IMG/VR virus record: IMGVR_UViG_3300025676_000014
Location: 6,306-70,305 of that record
Strand: one strand, 5' to 3'
DNA: 64,000 nucleotides
Source of the DNA: a virus
Taxonomy: Duplodnaviria; Caudoviricetes
Numbering within the stretch: position 1 is the stretch's first letter; each line of letters opens with the position of its first letter. The position numbers were made by a program, and so were the translations under genes. This document shows, piece after piece, positions 27,049 to 34,646 of this stretch. The notes below the pieces were generated by a model. The model was given only the letters and a program-made list of their open reading frames with translations. It ran no database searches and was not told where the DNA came from.

Positions 27049-27654
27049 TTACTTGTTGAAAAGATAACTCATAGTGCTGTGAAACCGCGAGGAGATAAGC
27101 AATTTAATCCAACAGTCCTTACCGACGCGCGGATGTGCCTTCCGCAAGGAGCCGTTTTTGGTGACCGTCTGCTTCCATTCGTCCCGTCTATACAATTCAA
27201 GGATTACTTTACTAGGAATCTCCCACCATTCAAGCAGTCCCTTTTCACGCACTAGCGAGGTGTCGCATATAAGAAACATATCCACTTTAGAGCATTTAAA
27301 TTCAATCGCCTTGTTTACTTCGGGGCCGTCCAGCCTCCGAATTGCGTCACTCGAATTCACAAAACATACCGTCGAGGAGGGCAGAGTAAAATCGCGAGTA
27401 CGGATTTCCCACTTTTCACCATTGCCCGCAACAGCGTCCCAAGCTGCGTGCGAGCATTCGGCGGCGAGTCCGATATACGTTTGAAAATCTGCCTCAACCT
27501 CGAAACCAGTACTTGAATTGCCGCTGTGGCTCCGTTTATATTTTTTTAAAAGCTTATTGTGTTCAATCATAAAACTGGAATAGCCAATGCCGTGAGTGAT
27601 TTCCTTACCTCTATAGTAAGCAATTTCTTTGGTAATGTTTTGCAGTGATTTCAT
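27049..27654 (-). CDS. hypothetical protein
   Basis: 201-aa ORF. Confidence 0.65.
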   Translation of the reverse strand: MKSLQNITKEIAYYRGKEITHGIGYSSFMIEHNKLLKKYKRSHSGNSSTGFEVEADFQTYIGLAAECSHAAWDAVAGNGEKWEIRTRDFTLPSSTVCFVNSSDAIRRLDGPEVNKAIEFKCSKVDMFLICDTSLVREKGLLEWWEIPSKVILELYRRDEWKQTVTKNGSLRKAHPRVGKDCWIKLLISSRFHSTMSYLFNK

Positions 27655-27664
27655 ATTAATTTAC

Positions 27665-28318
27665 TTATTTAAATTGTGAATCCCATTTTGCTTGAGAGTA
27701 TCCAAGATTTAACCCCATCCCTCTGCGATAGCGTATAAGCGTGGGGTGAATCCCGCACTTTCTGCCGTAGACTACTGCCGTCCATTGGGCCGCGCCTTCA
27801 CCTGTGTGGCGAGTGTCGCAATGTTTAAACTCGTGCAATAGTGAAACGGTCACCGTTGAGGTTAGCCCGTGGCTTAAATTCCTATCTCCAATGGCTATAC
27901 TAGCAGCAGAAGGCCAAGCAACTGATCCTGCGTTATTAACTTTTGGATCACAGTTATGGATGATTGACTTAACGCCCCGCTGGCCAACTGCGTACATATA
28001 GGGAGATCCTTTTTCAATGATCTTTAAATGCTTAACGATTCTGTTATGGAAAAAGATATCGCCCCGTATCTTCCACCCGTCATAGGTGCGCACTACTGAG
28101 CAGGGGTCAATGCCAGTATAAGGCTGGCGCAGTAAAGCCCTGCGATCCTTCGGCGTAAGCTCAGCAGAGGCGAGGGTGGTGAGCAGTAGCGATGCGATTA
28201 TTAGGTTGATTGTTTTCATAGTCTTAGGCCCATTCTCCTGTGCTGTGGATGTACCAGATAGGGTAAACCTTTTCGTTAGCGTATACGGGGTGGTGCATCT
28301 TAAAGTTTTTAAGCGCAC
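27665..28318 (-). CDS. putative secreted HExxH metallopeptidase-like protein (start probably MKTINL)
   Basis: Signal-peptide-like MKTINLIIASLLLTTLASA; SLLHEFKH. Confidence 0.5.
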   Translation of the reverse strand: MRLKTLRCTTPYTLTKRFTLSGTSTAQENGPKTMKTINLIIASLLLTTLASAELTPKDRRALLRQPYTGIDPCSVVRTYDGWKIRGDIFFHNRIVKHLKIIEKGSPYMYAVGQRGVKSIIHNCDPKVNNAGSVAWPSAASIAIGDRNLSHGLTSTVTVSLLHEFKHCDTRHTGEGAAQWTAVVYGRKCGIHPTLIRYRRGMGLNLGYSQAKWDSQFK

Positions 28319-28419
28319 CTGCCTTGTCGAATCCGCAAGTGTTGAACGTGAGTCCGTTGCGCAAGTTGATTGTGTATTTGAGTCCTTTCATAATCTTTTA
28401 ATCCTTCTCTGTTGAATTT

Positions 28420-28632
28420 TTATCGTTCCATACTTTCTTCGTAGGTTAGCACTCTTGTGCCCTTGCTACCTTCTCCAATGAGCTTGATCTTTACGCCTTT
28501 GCAGTAAAGCCTTTCAGCAATACGCCTAGCGTGTGGGACATCGTATGCCTTGATAAAGCCAAGGGTTGCATCCCCATCAAACGTGAGGACTTCAAATAGT
28601 GTTTCTGTTTTCATATCTGTTTCAATTATCAT
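28420..28632 (-). CDS. hypothetical protein beginning MIIETDMK (leaderless)
   Basis: ATG 6 nt after TATAAT. Confidence 0.6.
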   Translation of the reverse strand: MIIETDMKTETLFEVLTFDGDATLGFIKAYDVPHARRIAERLYCKGVKIKLIGEGSKGTRVLTYEESMER

Positions 28633-28653
28633 AAGTCTATTATAGCGTAAGAG

Positions 28654-28674
28654 GTGGGACATCTGCCGTCCTAC
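28654..28674 (-). promoter_or_regulatory. palindrome class-II promoter element, copy e
   Basis: GTGGGAC-atctgcc-GTCCTAC, 9 nt from TATAAT. Confidence 0.72.
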
Positions 28675-28933
28675 CCTCTAACTTTCTTCATCCTCTACAG
28701 GGTGGAGGAAAGGGCCGAGGTGGGCGTTATCCCGTTGCCATTGTCGGGCGAGTTCCCGCACTTGTTGCACGGATTCGTTCCAGCGTTGCACACGGGCCTC
28801 GGCCCTGCGTTGCTCTTCTTGTACTTCTTGTTCAGTTCTCATTCGTCTCTCACTTTCAATAGGGAAAGTATAGCATAGCAGCGACTGAATTACAAGAAAA
28901 ATCGCACCAAGTTATCAACATTTATTTGCGCAT

Positions 28934-29000
28934 TGTGGACATTTTATGCTTGACTTCCTGCCGGGCTGCCCGGCCAAATGTCAAGCTTTATTTACCAACA
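28934..29000. repeat. symmetric module copy 10, complete 67 bp, at the divergence point
   Basis: TGTGGACAT-N6-CTTGAC-ttcct-core-caaat-GTCAAG-N6-TTACCAACA; extra TTATCAACA at 28912. Confidence 0.9.
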
Positions 29001-29075
29001 ATCGTAAGTTTTTTTGTGAACATTTACCCAGGATTTATCTTTACTTTTGCGGCTATTTATGGTTTAATACTAACA

Positions 29076-29273
29076 ATGAAAGCGACAATGACAGCAGGAA
29101 CATTAGTTCACCACAGAGACAACCCACAATGGCGCGGCGTTATCGTGCGCGACCTCGACCCACGCAAGCCAGTCAATGGCGTTGTACTGTTAAACCACAA
29201 CGGGCGAGTGGCTCGGATGCATAAAGATTTATTGAGAAAGGTTACTAGGTGGGACAGCGGATGTCTTACCTAG
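29076..29273 (+). CDS. small SH3-like hypothetical protein (leaderless start)
   Basis: ATG 7 nt after TTTAAT; GTLVHH...W.GVIV. Confidence 0.55.
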   Translation: MKATMTAGTLVHHRDNPQWRGVIVRDLDPRKPVNGVVLLNHNGRVARMHKDLLRKVTRWDSGCLT

Positions 29274-29286
29274 TGTGCTATACTAT
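29249..29286 (+). promoter_or_regulatory. class-II promoter variant on the plus strand
   Basis: GTGGGAC-agcggat-GTCTTAC-ctagtgtgc-TATACT, same 9-nt spacing. Confidence 0.65.
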
Positions 29287-29306
29287 ACGCATAACAAATT
29301 AAGAAT

Positions 29307-29543
29307 ATGAAAAACAACTACAACATAGGACAGACAGTAAGCCGCTACGGTGTGCTGGGAACCATCACAGCAATCACAGCAGACGCTCGCACAGGTGAGC
29401 AGGAAAGCATCATCGTGCGCTTCGTATGGAGCGACAAAGGACACGAGTACAAGGTCAACGACCCTGCTATCTCAATCCCTGAAGTGCTTCCCTCGTGGAT
29501 GACCCGCGAAGGCGATACCTTAACCATCAGCGACAGAGACTAA
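29307..29543 (+). CDS. hypothetical protein
   Basis: co-oriented ORF. Confidence 0.55.
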   Translation: MKNNYNIGQTVSRYGVLGTITAITADARTGEQESIIVRFVWSDKGHEYKVNDPAISIPEVLPSWMTREGDTLTISDRD

Positions 29544-29550
29544 AACGATT

Positions 29551-29856
29551 ATGAGAGACGTACAACATTATTATACCGAGATCCACGCAAAGGGATTTCG
29601 TCACACAAACAAGTTCAGCGGATTTGATTCTGCTTGCGCTCACTTTAGCACACGGGCCAGAGTTGGCACGATGACCTTTCAGCAAGCCAAGATGGATGCT
29701 GTCAAGTACATCGGTGACCAGCAAGTGTCACACGGTTGGCTTGACTATACCGTTGGCAAGACCTACGAACAGACAGGCACGGAAGAAGTCACAGCGATGT
29801 GTCCCTCTTACTCTGAAGGGCATCGCAGCAACCCAGTATTCGAGGAGGTAAAGTAA
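29551..29856 (+). CDS. hypothetical protein
   Basis: ATTATG start. Confidence 0.55.
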   Translation: MRDVQHYYTEIHAKGFRHTNKFSGFDSACAHFSTRARVGTMTFQQAKMDAVKYIGDQQVSHGWLDYTVGKTYEQTGTEEVTAMCPSYSEGHRSNPVFEEVK

Positions 29857-30075
29857 ATGAGAAACATCAACGCAACACTAGACACAGACGAAAAGTATAT
29901 GACCATCGAGGGCGTACTGCACTCGGTCATCGGTCACCGTACCTTCGACGACTTCGGCGTAACTCTTGAAAGCTTCAAGGTTATGGATGTGATGGCTAAC
30001 GTGCGCGTGATTCATAGCAATGATGATGCGCTGACATTCTTCGAGGATGAATTTCCTCCCACTCGCAAAGTTTAA
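29857..30075 (+). CDS. hypothetical protein
   Basis: coupled ORF. Confidence 0.5.
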   Translation: MRNINATLDTDEKYMTIEGVLHSVIGHRTFDDFGVTLESFKVMDVMANVRVIHSNDDALTFFEDEFPPTRKV

Positions 30076-30130
30076 CCTTGTATCACAATCAAGGTTGAAG
30101 TAAACTAAAGAAAGTAAAGGAAACAAAACT

Positions 30131-30325
30131 ATGAAGATGAAAGAGATTAGAAATGGCTCATTGTATTTCAATGAGGAAAGCAACAGGGTTGAGCGTGTCG
30201 TTGGAACCATCAGCGACCAGCGGGTGGTTACTTACGTTCACAAGAAGGACTTTAGTTACCCGCAAGCAAAAAAGTTGCGCGTTGCAGAAAGTGACGAATT
30301 TAATAGTTATTTGAGGCGCGATTAA
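30131..30325 (+). CDS. hypothetical protein
   Basis: Follows promoter TTGTAT-17-TAAACT. Confidence 0.55.
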   Translation: MKMKEIRNGSLYFNEESNRVERVVGTISDQRVVTYVHKKDFSYPQAKKLRVAESDEFNSYLRRD

Positions 30326-30584
30326 CAAACACGGGGCGCGGGAAGGTTTTAGTCGTTTTCCCTTCTCGCGCTCCACCTTTTTCCAAACCCTAGGGTGAGC
30401 GCGGCGTAATACCACCCCTATGTGCCACCCCCAATTCAAAACCCGATTCGATTGGGGCAAAAAGATTTTGGGGGGCGGTGTTCAGCATCAATCTCCCCGA
30501 GGAAAAGCCCCCCCTATTTCAAACCATTTAGACAAATCAACAACTATCAATTAAAGTAATTAGGAAAAAACCAGGACGGGCATA

Positions 30585-31445
30585 ATGAAAATCATCAATT
30601 GTTTAGAAACGCAGCAGAATATCATTTCCTATATAGAAGAACACGACCCTAAAAGGGTGCTTTTATTATTTTTGCATGGATTAGGAGACTTTTTGGGATT
30701 CAGAGGGGTATACAAGTATCTGGTGGAGGAATATCCTGATATAGAATTTGTTTATGGATTAGACAGAGCGATGGGATATGAAAAATTTTTGTTAGATTAT
30801 GAGAAATATGATTTGATAGATAGAGCCGAGGAGATTATTGGTGATTATGATTTTGTTTTTGGTATTCAATATACGCAGAATCGAGAGGGCGAAATGTGCA
30901 AAGCTGAAAACTGCATGTTAGAAGAGGTTGGGAGCTTTGATCCACTTACCAAGCCTCATCAGGAGATACCCGTAATGCGCCCACGTTTAGTTACAGTGCA
31001 TTTCTTTAGCACTTGGGGGCCATCGGCCTTCGGTATGGTAGGAAGAGAGGAAACGGCGCATAAAATCTGGAGCGAGATTATTAAAGCGGGGCTGATTCCA
31101 ATGGAAACACATTTTGAACACAAGTACTCAAATCCAGAAAACCAAAATTTTGAATGGATGAATGCCCACGTAAGGGGGGTACAATGCAACGCTGATAATT
31201 TACTTTCCTTACTTCAAGCCTCCCATGCCTTCATAGGGGTCATCTCTGGCAACATTCACGCTGCGTTATCATGCCTACCAAGAGAAAAAGTTATGGCCCT
31301 GACCACCTATATGCCCTCAAGAGCCCTTGGAGCAGACGTACCCTTTATAAATATCGATAATTATGAAGAAGGAAGTGTTTTTAAGTGGCTGAAAGAGCTA
31401 GATGGAGAAAAAGTAAAAAATGATTGGACAAACTACAGTATATGA
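30585..31445 (+). CDS. glycosyltransferase, GT9 (heptosyltransferase-like) family
   Basis: HGLGDFL...YKYL.EEYPD; LLQASHAFIGVISGNIHAA. Confidence 0.65.
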   Translation: MKIINCLETQQNIISYIEEHDPKRVLLLFLHGLGDFLGFRGVYKYLVEEYPDIEFVYGLDRAMGYEKFLLDYEKYDLIDRAEEIIGDYDFVFGIQYTQNREGEMCKAENCMLEEVGSFDPLTKPHQEIPVMRPRLVTVHFFSTWGPSAFGMVGREETAHKIWSEIIKAGLIPMETHFEHKYSNPENQNFEWMNAHVRGVQCNADNLLSLLQASHAFIGVISGNIHAALSCLPREKVMALTTYMPSRALGADVPFINIDNYEEGSVFKWLKELDGEKVKNDWTNYSI

Positions 31446-31460
31446 TTAAGATATTGGCCT

Positions 31461-31706
31461 ATGAGTAAAAGTACTACCAAGAAAAAAGCTACTAAACGTA
31501 GCGCTAAGACCAAGGTTTCCCTCGGCGAAAAGTTCACAACTGTTAAGACGATTTACGCTAGAGCAGTTTTGCTCTTGATCACCCTTAACTTTGCCTTCAC
31601 TGGATACACTGTGTATTCACTTACGCAGATTCAGTCTGAGGTAATGTCTCCTCCAGAAGACGTTCCTCTTACGGAGGTAACTGCTCAGTCCGCATCAACT
31701 GAGTAA
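31461..31706 (+). CDS. single-pass membrane protein
   Basis: Basic N-terminus, hydrophobic AVLLLITLNFAFTGYTVYSL. Confidence 0.55.
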   Translation: MSKSTTKKKATKRSAKTKVSLGEKFTTVKTIYARAVLLLITLNFAFTGYTVYSLTQIQSEVMSPPEDVPLTEVTAQSASTE

Positions 31707-31731
31707 CAAAACGCGCCGCAACGGCGTGTTT
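31707..31731. terminator. bidirectional terminator
   Basis: AAAACGCGCC-GCAA-CGGCGTGTTTT between convergent genes. Confidence 0.65.
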
Positions 31732-31753
31732 TGAAGAGAGTCGTGTTGAGTAA

Positions 31754-32269
31754 TTACTTCGCGGCTCTCTTTTTTATTAAATAGGTTTCTACGATCTTTG
31801 TTGAAGTTCCGAAGAAGTTTTGTATATGTTCTTTCGTATATGTTGGAAAAGTAATCCAATGATAAGTTAAACCATTTTTGATAAGAATTATTGCAGAGTC
31901 TTTTTCTGTTAATGAATTAAAATTTGCTTTAACTAAAAAAAGGTCTCTTTTATGAAAATATTTTTTAATCTCTGATGGCCAAGTGATAGCCATAGCCCTT
32001 TGATTGAACACCGATAGGGTGAATCGGCGGATGTTTCCATTTTTTTGAATTTCTCTACTTATCTCTACATCAGAATGATAAGATTTTTTTAATTGATGCA
32101 TTACGTCAGAAATAGCTTTGGGACCACAACTCCAAAAATGTCTAGTATAAGCGCCCGTTTCGTCTTTGGCAAATGTCCCTTGGTTCAAAGCTCCACATCC
32201 AGAGTAAAGGAACAAAGTGCAAAAAGAAATTACGTAAGCACACATCTTGAGTATAGGTTTTACTCTCAT
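31754..32269 (-). CDS. putative lipoprotein, C39-like papain-fold cysteine peptidase
   Basis: Lipobox-like LYSGC; HFWSCGPKAI (Cys) and YHWI (His). Confidence 0.6.
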   Translation of the reverse strand: MRVKPILKMCAYVISFCTLFLYSGCGALNQGTFAKDETGAYTRHFWSCGPKAISDVMHQLKKSYHSDVEISREIQKNGNIRRFTLSVFNQRAMAITWPSEIKKYFHKRDLFLVKANFNSLTEKDSAIILIKNGLTYHWITFPTYTKEHIQNFFGTSTKIVETYLIKKRAAK

Positions 32270-32318
32270 GTATAATTTTACACTAAATCTTGAGAAAGGG
32301 TGTAATCGTAGTTAAGTT

Positions 32319-33107
32319 ATGAAACATAACAGCTCGAAGCCTATCAAAATCCGAGGCGGCAAGGAACTAGCTGAAGAAGTCAGCAAAGACAACTATAACG
32401 AAAATAAGTTCATTGCCGAAAACCCAATCAAAAGACAAATCAGAATAAATCAATTTCCTTGGACTGAGAAACAAAAAGATTTTTTTAGGATAGCTTTACA
32501 TCCGCTCACCAAGGTAATATTCGTAAGTGGCCCTGCGGGCACTTCGAAAACCTTACTGGCGACTTACTGTGCCCTTCAACTACTTAATCTTAAATCAATT
32601 GAAGAGATTATGTATTTGCGCTCTGCGGTAGAGTCCTCAGATAAGAGTCTTGGTTATCTGCCGGGTAACGCAGATGAAAAGTTAAAATTCTTTAATCTTC
32701 CCTTTTTGGATAAATTACTTGAGCTTTTGACACCAGGCTGTGCCGAAAGACTAGAGCAGGAACACAGAGTTTCCATGTTCCCAGTTAATTTTGCACGAGG
32801 TATGAACTGGAAGGCTAAATGCGTTATACTGGACGAAGCTCAAAATTCGACAGAGAAAGAGATCATGACTGTTCTCACTCGCTTGGGTGAAGGTAGTCGC
32901 GCTTTCATTCTTGCTGACCCAATGCAGACAGACCTCAAGGGTCATGAAAAAACTGGTGGATATGAAAATCTTGCTGATATATTTTCTGACGAAGACTCTT
33001 TACAGCATGGTATTTACCACTTTACTTTCAGTGAGGAAGACATCATGCGCTCTGAGCTGGTCAAGTTCCTGATCAAGAAGCTTAACGAAGCTAAGAAGGG
33101 TAATTAG
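32319..33107 (+). CDS. phoH: PhoH family ATPase
   Basis: GPAGTSKT, LGYLPG, FARGMNW, ILDEAQN, LTRLGEGS, DPMQTD. Confidence 0.92.
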   Translation: MKHNSSKPIKIRGGKELAEEVSKDNYNENKFIAENPIKRQIRINQFPWTEKQKDFFRIALHPLTKVIFVSGPAGTSKTLLATYCALQLLNLKSIEEIMYLRSAVESSDKSLGYLPGNADEKLKFFNLPFLDKLLELLTPGCAERLEQEHRVSMFPVNFARGMNWKAKCVILDEAQNSTEKEIMTVLTRLGEGSRAFILADPMQTDLKGHEKTGGYENLADIFSDEDSLQHGIYHFTFSEEDIMRSELVKFLIKKLNEAKKGN

Positions 33108-33212
33108 CCACACCGCATAACGTAGCCCCAATTTTAAATCAATTGTTTATAATTATTTATAATTACGAACAAGGAACACGAACAGTAGTTCGTGGGTATG
33201 TTTGAGTTATAT

Positions 33213-33515
33213 CTATTTCTTCTTTTTGGGTTTTTGCTTACGCCATCCTTGGGAGTAGAGATATCTAGTGACAATGTTGCCAAACTTAGAAACGTTCTGC
33301 TCGGAAGAATCCCAAAAAAAGGCGTGGGCAAACTCATGAATTATAGTATTCATTAATTGGCGCTCGGTCTGATTGGGGTTCACCAAAATCTTGGGGTCAC
33401 TTTCAGTGGGATCGAGGCATAAGCCGACAGCGTTGTAGCACTTGGGTGGCTTTTTCAATATCACCTCGTATCTCACTTTTCCGTCATAGGTTCTAAATAC
33501 GAAAGGCTTTTTCAT
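33213..33515 (-). CDS. putative zinc metallopeptidase-like protein
   Basis: NTIIHEFAHAF HExxH motif. Confidence 0.55.
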   Translation of the reverse strand: MKKPFVFRTYDGKVRYEVILKKPPKCYNAVGLCLDPTESDPKILVNPNQTERQLMNTIIHEFAHAFFWDSSEQNVSKFGNIVTRYLYSQGWRKQKPKKKK

Positions 33516-33572
33516 GTGTATACCTAATTACATTAAAAATGGACTTTTTGCTCCAAAAAAATATAATTTACT

Positions 33573-33956
33573 ATGAACATTTATTGCCAATCATGCGGTC
33601 AGCCCAATAATTACGGCTCCAAAAAACCTAAATTCTGCAATAGTTGTGGAATTTCACTAGACGGCTCAAAAGCCAGCGTCAAGCCTCAAAAAAAGCCAAA
33701 AGCAGAGGTAAAGCCAAAAATTTCAGCCTTAGAGCTAGATTATGGAGATTCTGAAGATTCCCAGTCTATTCCAAATATCACCCGAATCGAAGCGGATATA
33801 CAAACCGATAGAGTGAGGGGGGTTAAATTGGGAGAAATCGCTGGGACCCTAACGTCTCCAGAAGAAGACCAAATTCCTGCCCCACCACCGTCAAAGGACG
33901 CTTTAGGCGACCTGACAAAAGAGGGCGGCTCTATCAGGCCGAAGGGAAGCAGTTAA
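33573..33956 (+). CDS. zinc-ribbon protein
   Basis: YCQSCG...FCNSCG. Confidence 0.7.
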   Translation: MNIYCQSCGQPNNYGSKKPKFCNSCGISLDGSKASVKPQKKPKAEVKPKISALELDYGDSEDSQSIPNITRIEADIQTDRVRGVKLGEIAGTLTSPEEDQIPAPPPSKDALGDLTKEGGSIRPKGSS

Positions 33957-34645
33957 TGCCCGAAGAAAAAAAACGGCCCAAGTTTGAAGATAGCATTGAC
34001 ACAATTAACCAAGAAATTAGAAAACGTAGGAACAAGTGGAATCTTACGGCTTTAGCTTGGATGGATTTCGATGATGTATCTCAAATACTAAGGATTCACA
34101 TATTTAAAAAATGGGAGATGTATGACCCATCTCAGCCCCTTAGCCCCTGGATAAACAGGATCATATCCAATCAAATCAAAAACCTAATAAGAAACAACTA
34201 CGGCAATTTTACTAGACCCTGCCTAAAATGCGCTGCCGCAGAAGGCTCTAACCATTGTTCTATATATGTTGATCAAGACTCCAAATGCCCCCTATACGCA
34301 AAATGGGAAAAAACAAAAAAACGAGCCCACGACGCTAAGTTGCCGTTGGCCCTAGAGAATCACACTAAAGAGGTTTCGTCTATGTCCTCAGACTTTTTTG
34401 ACGTAGAGAGAGCGGCTGTTAAATTGCACGAGAAGATGAAAGTGGTCCTGAAAGCTAACGAGCTTCAAGTTTACGAACTGCTTTACGTAGAGAACCTAGA
34501 GGAAGAAGAGGTGGCCAAGAGGATGGGATATAAAACCACAGAAAAAAATAGACAGCCTGGTTATAAGCAAATCAAGAACATCAAAAAGTCTATATTGGTC
34601 AAAGTCAAGAAAGAGCTGGATAAGAATGGTATAGATATTTTTTAA
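33956..34645 (+). CDS. phage sigma70/ECF-like RNA polymerase sigma factor with Cys4 insertion
   Basis: Region 2: DFDDVSQILRIHIFKKWEMYD...PWINRIISNQIKNLIR; region 4 HTH: ELQVYELLYVENLEEEEVAKRMG; CLKC..C..C between them. Confidence 0.7.
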   Translation: MPEEKKRPKFEDSIDTINQEIRKRRNKWNLTALAWMDFDDVSQILRIHIFKKWEMYDPSQPLSPWINRIISNQIKNLIRNNYGNFTRPCLKCAAAEGSNHCSIYVDQDSKCPLYAKWEKTKKRAHDAKLPLALENHTKEVSSMSSDFFDVERAAVKLHEKMKVVLKANELQVYELLYVENLEEEEVAKRMGYKTTEKNRQPGYKQIKNIKKSILVKVKKELDKNGIDIF

Positions 34646-34646
34646 T

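Noticed and set aside
16393-29000. Palindromic modules as a CRISPR array
   Set aside because: Copies are 0.6-2 kb apart with whole genes between them, orientations are mixed, and no cas genes are visible
16393-29000. The CTTGAC arm of the modules as a working -35 promoter box
   Set aside because: The position 17 nt downstream falls in the GC core on both strands, so there is no -10; the real promoters lie further away
16393-29000. Modules as integron attC sites or IS ends
   Set aside because: No RYYYAAC/GTTRRRY core sites, no target duplications, and no integrase or transposase in the window; recombination is kept only as a hypothesis
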